From Candidatus Saganbacteria bacterium (lineage in GTDB: Bacteria; Margulisbacteria; WOR-1; O2-12-FULL-45-9; XYB2-FULL-48-7): a DNA stretch of 64,000 bases. The stretch is from assembly GCA_016939335.1 (NCBI GenBank), contig JAFGHC010000039.1:2376-66375 (forward strand), written 5' to 3'. The notes beneath the pieces were generated by a model. It did no database searches, was not told the DNA's origin, and worked only from the letters and a program-made list of their open reading frames with translations. Position 1 is the stretch's first letter; each line of letters begins with the position of its first letter. The position numbers were made by a program, and so were the translations under genes. Below, piece after piece: positions 13,067 to 22,229 of the stretch.

Positions 13067-13153
13067 GACTTGATTTCCGCCGATATTAAGGAAAATTTCA
13101 TTGAAAATCGCTATACGCTCACCGCTTTGATTTTTTTGTGATAAAATAACTTT

Positions 13154-13891
13154 ATGAACGATTTGGCCGCGATAATTTTAGCCGCCGGCAAAGGGACGCG
13201 GATGAAGTCAGACCTGCCCAAAGTTTTCCACGAGATCCTGGGGGAGCCGATGTTGAGCTATGTCCTGAAGACGGTGGCGAAGCTCGGGCCGGCGAAGACC
13301 ATCGTGGTGGTCGGCCACCGGCGGCGCCTGATCATGGACTATTACAAGGACTGGCCGGTCGAGTTCGCCGTCCAGTCGCCCCAGCTGGGGACCGGGCACG
13401 CCGTCATGCAGGCCGAACCGAAACTGCGGGAGTTTTCCGGGCAGGTGCTGGTCCTGGCCGGCGATGTGCCGCTCATTTCCGAACAGACGATGCGCCAGCT
13501 GGTCGATTTCAATGCCAAAAACAAAGCTGCCGCCACTGATCTGACGGCGGTTTTGCCTGACGCGGGCAATTACGGGAGAATAATCAGAGGTTCAGGAGAT
13601 CAGATCATCAGAATAGTCGAGAAAAAGGACGCTTCGCCGGAAGAGCTGAAGATCAAAGAGATCAACACCGGCACTTTCTGTTTTGAAAAATCCGCTTTAT
13701 TTTCCGCGCTCAAGGAAGTCAAGGCCGAGAACGCCCAGAAAGAGTATTACCTGACCGACACGATCCACATTTTGAGAAAGATGGGCCGGCCGGTCTTTGC
13801 CTTCCCCGCCGCCAACCCCGCCGAGACGCTCGGGATCAACACCAAAGAAGAGCTGGTTGAGATCGAGAAGGCCCTCTTGTCAGCCAAATAG
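13154..13891 (+). CDS. GlmU N-terminal-like nucleotidyltransferase (uridylyltransferase domain only)
   Basis: MNDLAAIILAAGKGTRMKSDLPKVFHEILGEPML matches the GlmU pyrophosphorylase domain; 245 aa with no LbH domain. Confidence 0.7.
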   Translation: MNDLAAIILAAGKGTRMKSDLPKVFHEILGEPMLSYVLKTVAKLGPAKTIVVVGHRRRLIMDYYKDWPVEFAVQSPQLGTGHAVMQAEPKLREFSGQVLVLAGDVPLISEQTMRQLVDFNAKNKAAATDLTAVLPDAGNYGRIIRGSGDQIIRIVEKKDASPEELKIKEINTGTFCFEKSALFSALKEVKAENAQKEYYLTDTIHILRKMGRPVFAFPAANPAETLGINTKEELVEIEKALLSAK

Positions 13892-13894
13892 GGT

Positions 13895-14584
13895 TTAATC
13901 GTTGGTCATGTAGAGATAATTGGCATAGCCGCGCAAATTACTTCCCAGGTCTCTCATTCCCGAGACAGCATCTATCACGGCTTTGTCCGGATCAGATAAG
14001 TTAAGTAGAATAGAATATTGAGCGCCGGTCGTGCCTATTACTCCGTATTCGCTGCAGGCGCAAAAATGGGCCCAAAAAGCATAAGTATTTCCTAATTCCC
14101 TGGCGATCTCTTGCTTCTTCGGCTCGAGCAGGGGGAACAACTCGCCAATTATGTCAGAGTCGGGCCTTCTATCTTCTTTTTTAGCGGTTCGGTGATTAAG
14201 GATCCCTTCCCAGACGTTCTTAGCCACCCAATATTTTGGGGCGCGAGGATCATCGGCCGGTTTCGACTCGGCAGCGTCAACAATCATCTGTTGCACAGTG
14301 GTTAAACGTTCTTCGGCATATTCCGCGATCAGGGCAGCCTTTCCCTCGATAGGTAAACTGCCAAAGGTACGCGATACCCGAAGGAACTCCGCTCGCATCT
14401 CTGGGTCACGCTCTGCAATATCGCAGCCAGCCTTGCTTGCAGTGGTAAAGGCCGCCTTTATTTCTTGTAGTGTGAGTTTAGGCGCAACCGCGGCCCCTCC
14501 GCCGGAAGCTTCCGAAGCTGCAAAACACATGGATCTGTAACTAGGCCTGTAGAAACCCGGATGCCATATCGTTTTCATTCCCAT
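13895..14584 (-). CDS. hypothetical protein in a low-GC segment
   Basis: 229-aa ORF in a segment of roughly 48-50% GC against about 63% for the neighbouring genes. No recognisable motifs. Confidence 0.5.
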   Translation of the reverse strand: MGMKTIWHPGFYRPSYRSMCFAASEASGGGAAVAPKLTLQEIKAAFTTASKAGCDIAERDPEMRAEFLRVSRTFGSLPIEGKAALIAEYAEERLTTVQQMIVDAAESKPADDPRAPKYWVAKNVWEGILNHRTAKKEDRRPDSDIIGELFPLLEPKKQEIARELGNTYAFWAHFCACSEYGVIGTTGAQYSILLNLSDPDKAVIDAVSGMRDLGSNLRGYANYLYMTND

Positions 14585-14794
14585 TTTATTCCTCCGTGCG
14601 GGTAGGGGGAGCCTTGAATTGTGCCCGCAGAAGAATATCAGAAACTTTGCTCAGGGATTTCACGCTTTTTTTGTGCCCTCAGTGTCCACGGTTAGCGATA
14701 GGTCTTCGTGCCTTGATGGTTAAATTACCCTTTCTGATTTTACCGCCAAGACGCAAAGGCACTAAGGGCACGAATAAGATGGTATAATTCTGTC

Positions 14795-16570
14795 ATGAAA
14801 CACCGCTTTATGAGCGTCGGCTTTCTCTTTCAGCGCGGCGCCGCCTACGCCGTTGCCACGATCATAATCATCCTGATCTTCAGCCTGGCCGCTATTTTTT
14901 CCGAAATGGTCCTGCAGCCGCTGATCGGTTACTGGTACATAATGGTCACGGCGCTGGTCGCTCTGGCACTCGCCATCCTCTACGCGCCGCTGGTCCGCGG
15001 CTTCGAGAGAGTGACCGACCGCCTCTTTTTCCGCGGCCGCTACGACTATCAGAAGATCCTGCGCAAGATCAGCCATGAGATCGCTTCGGTCATCAAGCTG
15101 GAACAACTGGCCAGGCTGGTCGCCGTCTCCTGCCTCGAAACGATGAAGCTCTCGGAGGTCTCCTTTCTCCTGCCGGACAAGGAAGGGGGGCGCTTCCGCT
15201 CCATCCCGCTCTCGGTCCAGCGCTACAAGAAGCTCGAGCTCGATCTTGACAATCCGATCGTCGCCTGGCTGAACAACGCCCGGGACATCCTGGCCCGTGA
15301 CGAGGTCCGGGTGGCCGAGGTCGCCGCCGCGCTCGACCGGCTCGGCATCCCGGTCTGGGTACCGATCATCGGCAAGAACCGGATGATCGGCATCATCGCC
15401 CTGGGCGGCAAGCTCTCCGGCGACGCTTTCACGCCGGAAGACCTCGGCCTGCTGACCACGCTGGCCAACCAGACCGCCGTCGCCCTCGACAACGCGCGCC
15501 TCTATGACGAGGTCGTGACGATGAAGAATTACAGCGAAGAGATCCTCCAGAGCATGACCAACGGCGTGCTGACGACCGACGCGAAAGGGAGGATCGTGAC
15601 CTACAACAGCATGGCCGAGCGGATCACCGGCCGCAAGCTCGGCGAAGTGATCGGCAAAACTAGCGAGGAGCTCTGGGGCAAGCGCGGCACGATCACCCAG
15701 GCGGTCGAGCAGACGTTCAAAGAGCGCAGTTATCTCAATTACGAGACCGGCATCTCCTCGCCGGAGCGGGGGCTGGTGCCGGTGGCGATCTCGACCACGC
15801 TGCTGCGGGACAGCCAGGGGAAGAAGACCGGCGCGCTGCTCTCGATCCATGACCGGTCTGAGCTCAAGGAACTCGAAGATAAGATTCGGCGGGCCGACAA
15901 GCTGACCGCGCTGGCGACCATGGCGGCCGGCATGGCCCATGAGATCAAGAACCCGCTCTCTTCCATGAAAGTTTTTGCCCAGCTGCTGCCGCTCAAGATC
16001 GACGATCCGGAGTACCGTAAGAAGCTCGAAGAGGTCCTGCCGCGCGAGATCGACCGGATCGACCGGATCGTCGAAAGCCTGCTCGGCTTCGCGCGCGGGG
16101 CGGCGCCGGCCTTTGCGGCGGCCAAGCTCGAGAGCATCCTTGACGAGACCCTGAAATATTTTGCCGACCAGGCGGCCGCGGCCGGCGTCCGCTTTAAAAC
16201 TAATTACGCGCCGCTGCCGGAGATCGAGGTCGACCGCGAGCAGATCGCCCGGGTCTTTTCCAACTTGCTGCTGAACGCGCTCCAGGCGCTGCCCGAGGGC
16301 GGCGAGATCACGGTCACCACCGCGCCCGGCAAAAAAGTCGAGGAACTGCTCCAGACGGTCAAGATCAAGGTCGCTGACACCGGCCACGGCATGCCGGCGG
16401 AGATGCTCAAGAAGCTGTTCGATCCTTTCTTCACGACCAAGTACGGCGGCACGGGGCTCGGCCTGACGATCGCGCACAGCGTTGTCGACGGCCATAAAGG
16501 TTTCATCGATGTCGAGAGCAAAGTCGGCAAAGGGACGACTTTTACCGTCACTTTACCCACTCACCAATGA
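14795..16570 (+). CDS. sensor histidine kinase (2 TM, GAF, PAS, HisKA, HATPase)
   Basis: Two N-terminal hydrophobic helices; GAF-like region (PIIGKNRMIGIIALGG...LANQTAVALDNARLY); PAS region (ILQSMTNGVLTTDAKGRIVTYNSMAERITG); H-box HEIKNPLSS; G-boxes DTGHGM and GGTGLGL. Confidence 0.85.
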   Translation: MKHRFMSVGFLFQRGAAYAVATIIIILIFSLAAIFSEMVLQPLIGYWYIMVTALVALALAILYAPLVRGFERVTDRLFFRGRYDYQKILRKISHEIASVIKLEQLARLVAVSCLETMKLSEVSFLLPDKEGGRFRSIPLSVQRYKKLELDLDNPIVAWLNNARDILARDEVRVAEVAAALDRLGIPVWVPIIGKNRMIGIIALGGKLSGDAFTPEDLGLLTTLANQTAVALDNARLYDEVVTMKNYSEEILQSMTNGVLTTDAKGRIVTYNSMAERITGRKLGEVIGKTSEELWGKRGTITQAVEQTFKERSYLNYETGISSPERGLVPVAISTTLLRDSQGKKTGALLSIHDRSELKELEDKIRRADKLTALATMAAGMAHEIKNPLSSMKVFAQLLPLKIDDPEYRKKLEEVLPREIDRIDRIVESLLGFARGAAPAFAAAKLESILDETLKYFADQAAAAGVRFKTNYAPLPEIEVDREQIARVFSNLLLNALQALPEGGEITVTTAPGKKVEELLQTVKIKVADTGHGMPAEMLKKLFDPFFTTKYGGTGLGLTIAHSVVDGHKGFIDVESKVGKGTTFTVTLPTHQ

Positions 16571-16646
16571 ATATTGGTGAAGTGGGTTTACCCGTCAGGC
16601 AGGGGCTGGTATAATTGGAAAAGTCAAAAGTTAAAAGTCAAAATTT

Positions 16647-17927
16647 ATGAAGAAAACAATACTTTTAATAACTCATGAGACGCCGGTCGAGCAGGCGGTC
16701 AGAAGTGCGCTGGACGGTTTTAGCATAGAAACAGCCGGCGCCCCCGAAGCCGCCGCTGAAAAGCTGCGCCAGAGCAAGCCCGCCCTCGTCATCCTCGATC
16801 ACGACCTGAAGCAGGACGAGGGCCTCCAGCTCTTCCGCCAGCTCCGGCTGCTGGCGCCCGCCACCGGCTTTATCCTCCTTTCACAGCAGAATGATATCCC
16901 CACCGCGGTGCAGGCGGCCAAGCTCGGCGCGGCCGATTTCCTGCAAAAACCGGCCGGAGCCAAGGCACTGCGGCTCTCCGTCGAGCGGAACCTGGCCGCG
17001 GCCGAAGGATCGGCCCTGGCCGCCGCCGGCCTCCCCTGGCTGCAGGGCGAGAGCCCGGCGCTGAAAAAGATGTTCGAAGCGATCGGCGGCGCGCTGCTGA
17101 CGCGCGCCAGCCTTATTCTGGTGGCGGAGCGGGGGATCGACAAAAGCGATGTGGCCGACTGCATCCACCGGCGCAGTCTCAAGCGCAAAAGCCGCCTGCG
17201 GGTGATCGACCTCGCCTCTTTCCGCCGGGAGGACCTGGAAGGGTCGTTCTGGGCGACGGTGCAGGAGGCGGCGGGGGAGAACCAGGCCGCCGACGAAGAG
17301 GACCGCTGCGGCACGCTTTATCTCGAGAATATCGAAAGTTTGGAAGAGAGCTTCCGCTTGAGCATTTTCGAGTTTTTCAAGGAGAAGAAACCGAAGCTCG
17401 ATCCCGAAGTTCTGATCGTGATCGGCCTCTACGACCCGCATGCTCTGCCGCCCGCGCTGGCCAAACATTACCTGCAGGTGCCGGTCCCGCCGCTCTGCGA
17501 GCGCAGGGGCGACCTGCCGCTTTTGGTCGGCCGCGAGCTGGCGGCGCTCTCGCTCCGGCACGGGAAGAACGTCAACGCTCTCTCCGCCGACCTGCTTTAT
17601 CTTCTCGGTCTTTACGATTTTCCCGGCAATTACCATGAGCTCTCGGCGCTGCTCGAGATCGGCGTGCTGGCGGCCGGCGGCGAGGTGATCGGGCTGGCCG
17701 ACCTGCCGCTCGATTTCCGGACGCTGCTGCAGGCGGCGGTCACCGCGGCGCACGTCAAAGGGGAGTTGAGTTTGGAAGCGGCCCGGCGCTGGCTGGAAAA
17801 GCTGGCTTACAAAACGCTGCTGGCCAAAACGAAGTCCGATCCCGGGGCGGTAGCGCGTTTCCTCGACCTGCCGCGCACGGCGCTGGCCGAGCGGGCGGCC
17901 GAACTAGGCACTGACCTGCTTAATTAA
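16647..17927 (+). CDS. NtrC-family response regulator with a degenerate sigma54-activator ATPase domain and a C-terminal Fis-type HTH
   Basis: REC-like N-terminus (ALVILDHDL). The central domain is AAA+-like, but the Walker A position reads AERGIDKS rather than GESGTGK. C-terminal HTH ARFLDLPRTALAERAAELG. Confidence 0.65.
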   Translation: MKKTILLITHETPVEQAVRSALDGFSIETAGAPEAAAEKLRQSKPALVILDHDLKQDEGLQLFRQLRLLAPATGFILLSQQNDIPTAVQAAKLGAADFLQKPAGAKALRLSVERNLAAAEGSALAAAGLPWLQGESPALKKMFEAIGGALLTRASLILVAERGIDKSDVADCIHRRSLKRKSRLRVIDLASFRREDLEGSFWATVQEAAGENQAADEEDRCGTLYLENIESLEESFRLSIFEFFKEKKPKLDPEVLIVIGLYDPHALPPALAKHYLQVPVPPLCERRGDLPLLVGRELAALSLRHGKNVNALSADLLYLLGLYDFPGNYHELSALLEIGVLAAGGEVIGLADLPLDFRTLLQAAVTAAHVKGELSLEAARRWLEKLAYKTLLAKTKSDPGAVARFLDLPRTALAERAAELGTDLLN

Positions 17928-19235
17928 CTCCTCGGCCCGTTCCTTCGTTTTGGCCTCGGCGATGATCCTGACGATCGGTTCGGTGTTGGACGGGCGGATA
18001 TGGATCCAGCCGTCGGGATAGACCGCTTTCACCCCTTCGGTCAGGACAAGGTTGCCGCCGCTGAACACTGCTTTGCTTTTTTCAAGGAAAGCAGCCGCCT
18101 CCGCCTGGCTCCCGCATTCGACTTTCGTCTTGATCATCTCGTAACGGGGGAGTTCGGCCGCGAGCTGCGAAATTTTTTTGCCGCTGCCCGCGACAAGGGA
18201 GAGAATGAGCGCGGCGCCGGAGAGACTGTCGCGGTTCCAGCCGACTCCCGGCAGGATCACCCCGCCGTTCCCTTCGCCGCCGATCACCCCGCCGAGGCGC
18301 TTGAGCTCTTCCGTCACGTTGACCTCGCCGACCTTGGTCCGGACGAGCGTCGCGCCCGCTTCGCGGCAGACATCGTCCATTACCTGGCTGGTCGAAAGAT
18401 TGACGACGACGGTCGGCTGGCCGCCCGGTTTCGTCCCCAGCAGGTATTTGGCCGCCAGGGCGAGCGTCAATTCTTCGCCGATCGCTTCCCCCGTATCGGA
18501 AACGATCGCCAGCCGGTCGGCGTCGGAATCGACGGCAAAACCGAGGTCGGCCTTTTTCTTCCCGACCAGTTCCATCAATTCCCCGAGATTGGCCGCGACC
18601 GGCTCGGGGTCGTGCGGAAAAGGGAGCGTGATGTCGCAGTTGAGCGGCAGGACGCGGCAGCCGAGTTTTTTGAGCAGTTTGACGAGCGCTTCCGAGCCGG
18701 CGCCGTTGCAGCCGTCGACGGCGACCTTGAGCCGCGCTTGTCTGACCGCGACGGCGTCGATCTGCTGTTCCAGCACTTTCTTGATGTGGCAGTCCGTCCC
18801 TTTGCGATAACCGATAACCTTTCCTCCGGGAGCCCGGCGGAACTTCTTCCCCTCATAGATCTTGAGGAAATCGGCCCCTTCCGCCCCGTTAAGGAAAATG
18901 CCGCTCCCGCGCATGAACTTGAGCCCGTTCCACGGCAGGGGATTGTGCGAAGCGGTGATGACGATCCCGCCGGCGGCCGCCAGCTCGCGCGTCATGATCC
19001 CGACGGTCGGCGTCGGCGCGACGCCGAGGTCGATAACTTTGCAGCCGGCCGAAAGGAGCCCGGCGAACATTATCCCTTTGATCGGTTCCGACGAGCGGCG
19101 CGGGTCGGTCCCGATGACGACCGTCCCCCCTTCAAGATAAGTGCCGAACGCTTTGGCCAGGTCGAGGCAGACGTCGGGGGTGAGCGAATCGGGGACGGTC
19201 CCTCTCACGCCGGAGATCGAGATGATGAGTGTCAT
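17904..19235 (-). CDS. glmM: phosphoglucosamine mutase / phosphohexomutase family (GlmM-like)
   Basis: SGVRGTV N-terminus, active-site TASHNP, four-domain length (443 aa). Confidence 0.75.
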   Translation of the reverse strand: MTLIISISGVRGTVPDSLTPDVCLDLAKAFGTYLEGGTVVIGTDPRRSSEPIKGIMFAGLLSAGCKVIDLGVAPTPTVGIMTRELAAAGGIVITASHNPLPWNGLKFMRGSGIFLNGAEGADFLKIYEGKKFRRAPGGKVIGYRKGTDCHIKKVLEQQIDAVAVRQARLKVAVDGCNGAGSEALVKLLKKLGCRVLPLNCDITLPFPHDPEPVAANLGELMELVGKKKADLGFAVDSDADRLAIVSDTGEAIGEELTLALAAKYLLGTKPGGQPTVVVNLSTSQVMDDVCREAGATLVRTKVGEVNVTEELKRLGGVIGGEGNGGVILPGVGWNRDSLSGAALILSLVAGSGKKISQLAAELPRYEMIKTKVECGSQAEAAAFLEKSKAVFSGGNLVLTEGVKAVYPDGWIHIRPSNTEPIVRIIAEAKTKERAEELIKQVSA

Positions 19236-19276
19236 GAGGTTATTATAACCAGCTGGGCAAGTTTAGGCAAACTTAT

Positions 19277-19314
19277 GAGCGGACAAAGGGCGGGACAAGG
19301 GCAAGGGAAGAAGG
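19277..19314. repeat. family-5 purine-rich G-tract element (GGACAAAGGGCGGGACAAGGGCAAGGGAAGAAGG)
   Basis: Four GGG runs separated by 1-4 nt (GGGcGGGacaaGGGcaaGGG), a canonical G-quadruplex motif. Related copies at 21253-21415 and 26901-27045. Confidence 0.55.
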
Positions 19315-19358
19315 TGCGTAACCGCGCCCCGGCCATTCGGGCATTCGCGGCTTATTCT

Positions 19359-20273
19359 TTATCCTTTACTGCCGGCCCTAGCCGCTTCGATCAGGCGCTG
19401 AAAGATCAGTGCGATATCCTTATTAGGGCTGTAAAGAAAGCTGAATTGCGAGTGGTTTTCACGATATGGCCCGTAGATCGGCACGCCGGCTCTGTCAAAA
19501 CCATAAAAATAGACAGGGTCATACCACTTTTTATCCATGGTCAAGCCATTGGTATCCAGATGCTTAAGCGGAACGTCCGCTTCGACGGTCGCCCACCAGG
19601 CATCAAAGTTGTTCGACAGCCAGAGACGGAAGCCCGGGTTGGCCAATGAGAGGGAGACCACAGGCAAAATGACCGACTTGCTGTTATGCGAACCAACCAC
19701 ATTAAAGATGCTCCCCTTTGGATCGGCTGCCAGCCCGGCTGCTCGCAGATCGTCCAGCATATTGAACTGGGCCCTGGCGTTTGATGCCCAGGCGCTGCGG
19801 TTGCCGTCCGGGGGATTGCGTCTGATCCATTGCCCCAGACTCAAGCAATCTTTAGTTTCGCAGAGCGCCGCCGCGGCGACGAGCCGGCCGAAAACAGTTT
19901 CAAAATTCGCGGCGGTAGCAAAGCTGAACGTCGAGCGATCTTCTTCGTAATTTAGGTAGATCGGGAAATTGCTCCCTTCGTAGCGTCCCTCGGAACTGGC
20001 CGGCCGCATTTCTTTGGTGTCCAGCCTGATCTCCCGGGCGAGGCTGACGGAAACCTGCAGCTTGCCCCCGGGCAGTTCGTGCGCGTGCAGCGTCAGGCCG
20101 AGCTGATCGAGTAAGATGGTGGAAACAGGCGAAGAGAAATCCCCCCGGATGTAAGTTCCTGACTGGCAGGCGAACCCGCTGCCAGTCCTGTCAAGCAGAG
20201 TGACTGCGGCCTGCAGCCTCCTGCTTAGGTTTGATCCGGCCGGTTGTGTTGGAGCGGTCCGTTCCATTCTCAT
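19359..20273 (-). CDS. hypothetical protein, paralog A of a tandem pair
   Basis: 304 aa; starts MRMERTAPTQ and ends AARAGSKG. Shares YGPYRENxxQFS, ADPxS and WLSN motifs with the adjacent gene. Preceded by the RBS AAAACGGAGGAAATTTTATG. Confidence 0.6.
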   Translation of the reverse strand: MRMERTAPTQPAGSNLSRRLQAAVTLLDRTGSGFACQSGTYIRGDFSSPVSTILLDQLGLTLHAHELPGGKLQVSVSLAREIRLDTKEMRPASSEGRYEGSNFPIYLNYEEDRSTFSFATAANFETVFGRLVAAAALCETKDCLSLGQWIRRNPPDGNRSAWASNARAQFNMLDDLRAAGLAADPKGSIFNVVGSHNSKSVILPVVSLSLANPGFRLWLSNNFDAWWATVEADVPLKHLDTNGLTMDKKWYDPVYFYGFDRAGVPIYGPYRENHSQFSFLYSPNKDIALIFQRLIEAARAGSKG

Positions 20274-20289
20274 AAAATTTCCTCCGTTT

Positions 20290-21171
20290 TTATCCTTTAC
20301 TGCCGACCTTGGCCGCGTCGATCACGCGCTGGCAGAGCGGCAGGAAATTGGCGCCGGCATAACGCAGGCTGAACTGTGCCCGGTTTTCCCTGTACGGACC
20401 GTAAACCGGCGCCGCGGCGTCGCGGAACCCTTTGAAAGCCGATGGCCTTGGCCGGTAAGCCCCCGCCCGACCCAGACGGAGAGCGATGGCCCGCGCGTTA
20501 ACCGACAGATGCGAGCGGAAAAGATCATTGGACAGCCAGCAGTCGAGTGCCAGGTTTGGCAGGGAAAAGCGGACCACGGGCAGGCCGAAAAGCTCCCGGC
20601 CGTAAAAGAGATCATGTTCGCCGATCACGCTGAAAACGCTCTCCGGATCGGCAGCAAGACAGGCGGCGCGCAGCCTCTCCAGCCTGGCGAACTGGCTTCC
20701 GGCTTTTGTTCCCGGGAGAACACACATGGTGTTCCGCTCTGACCATTCAGCCAGACTCAAACTGTGTTCGCCCTGGTGCCTCAAGGCCGCCGCCGCTGCC
20801 ATGACCAGCTGGCCGACGACGGTTACGGGGTTCCAATAGGTAGTAAAGCTGAAGCGCGAGTGATTTTGATGATAGTCCTGATAAAGTGGGAAGCTGTGGC
20901 CTTTATCGCCCGAAAGGTCTTGCTTCTCGGCCGGCAGCGTTCCCGTGGTATCGAAACTTATTTCCCTTCGCGTGGCGACCGACATCATCAGCCTTGGCGA
21001 GACGGCCTCTCGTATCGTTACTTGCAGCCCGACGCCCGGCAGCCAGAAGACCGCGTGGTTTCCGTGGATCATTGTTGAGCCGTGGTGGTCGAGGCCCGCG
21101 GCCGCTTGATGCAATCTATCCAGTTTTGCTCTTGATCTTAAAGTTGTTGTGCCGGTCCGTTCTATGTTCAT
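20290..21171 (-). CDS. hypothetical protein, paralog B of a tandem pair
   Basis: 293 aa; starts MNIERTGTT and ends AAKVGSKG. Same motifs and the same upstream leader (AAAACGGAGGGAATTTTATG) as paralog A. Confidence 0.6.
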   Translation of the reverse strand: MNIERTGTTTLRSRAKLDRLHQAAAGLDHHGSTMIHGNHAVFWLPGVGLQVTIREAVSPRLMMSVATRREISFDTTGTLPAEKQDLSGDKGHSFPLYQDYHQNHSRFSFTTYWNPVTVVGQLVMAAAAALRHQGEHSLSLAEWSERNTMCVLPGTKAGSQFARLERLRAACLAADPESVFSVIGEHDLFYGRELFGLPVVRFSLPNLALDCWLSNDLFRSHLSVNARAIALRLGRAGAYRPRPSAFKGFRDAAAPVYGPYRENRAQFSLRYAGANFLPLCQRVIDAAKVGSKG

Positions 21172-21252
21172 AAAATTCCCTCCGTTTTTATCGGGCAGTT
21201 TCCACCTTGAATTTATCTTAACCTTCCGGCGGAAATTTCACTTTTTTCAGAC

Positions 21253-21415
21253 AGGGGGCAAGAGAAAAGGCAAGGGAAGGCAAGGAAGGGCGGGATAAAG
21301 GGCAAGACAAAAGGCGCCTTCTGTTCCGCCTTTTGCCCCGCCTTCTGTCCCGCCCTCACGTGCCTTCATGTGCCGTTTGTCCCGCCTTCTGTCCCGCCCT
21401 CTGTCCCCATTGCAG
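21253..21415. repeat. family-5 purine-rich / pyrimidine-rich palindromic repeat
   Basis: Purine arm GGGGGCAAGAGAAAAGGCAAGGGAAGGCAAGGAAGGGCGGGATAAAGGGCAAGACAAAAGGCG. It is followed by its complement-like pyrimidine arm, with CCGCCTTCTGTCCCGCCCT repeated three times. Located in the divergent promoter region between paralog B and the Memo gene. Confidence 0.6.
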
Positions 21416-21446
21416 TTTTATTTCATTTATATTATATTAATGAGCA

Positions 21447-22229
21447 ATGAGCATCGTTTTCGCCGCGATCATGCCGCATCCGCCGATCCTTGTTCCGCCG
21501 ATCGGCAAAGAGCGCTTAAAGGACGCGGAAAAAAGCAAGCTGGCGCTGGAAGAGATCTCCCGCCGTTTTAAAAATCTTGATTTCGATACTATCGTCGTCA
21601 TCACGCCGCACGGCGACGTCGGCCAGGCCTCGGTCCCCGTCTACACCGGCCACGTTTTCGAGGGGAACTTCGGGGCGTTCGGCCTGCCCAAGCCTTCTTT
21701 CGTCTATAAAGGCGACCCGCAGCTCGGCCTGGCCGTCGTCAAGGATTCGCCGCTTGCCACCGCCTGCCCGGAGACGATCCTCGACCACGGCGTCCTCGTG
21801 CCGCTCTATTATCCGACCGCCGCCGGGATCAGGAAACTCCTCCTGCCGATCGCCGTCGGCTTTCTGCCGCTCTCAAAATTGTTCGAGTTCGGGCGGTCGC
21901 TCGCGCGGACGATCGACCGGCTCGGCCGGAAAGTTCTGCTGATCGCTTCCGCCGACCTGTCGCACCGGCTGACGCACGAGGGGCCGGGCGGCTACTCGCC
22001 GCGCGGCAAGGAATTCGACGACAAGCTGGTCGGGCTGGTCGGCAGTTACGACGTGAACGGGCTCCTGAAATTCGATCCCGACCTGGCGGAAGAGGCCGGG
22101 CAGGACGCCCTCTGGTCGATCGCGATCCTGCTCGGCGCGCTCGACGGTAAAAAGGTCGGGCCCGAGGTCATTTCTTACGAGGGGCCGTTCGGCGTCGGTT
22201 ATCTGGTCGCCGCTTTAGAGGTGAACTGA
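21447..22229 (+). CDS. AmmeMemoRadiSam system protein B (MEMO1 / extradiol-dioxygenase class III-like)
   Basis: N-terminus [20 protein letters not shown] and HGDVG are typical of the Memo/LigB family; 260 aa. Confidence 0.75.
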   Translation: MSIVFAAIMPHPPILVPPIGKERLKDAEKSKLALEEISRRFKNLDFDTIVVITPHGDVGQASVPVYTGHVFEGNFGAFGLPKPSFVYKGDPQLGLAVVKDSPLATACPETILDHGVLVPLYYPTAAGIRKLLLPIAVGFLPLSKLFEFGRSLARTIDRLGRKVLLIASADLSHRLTHEGPGGYSPRGKEFDDKLVGLVGSYDVNGLLKFDPDLAEEAGQDALWSIAILLGALDGKKVGPEVISYEGPFGVGYLVAALEVN

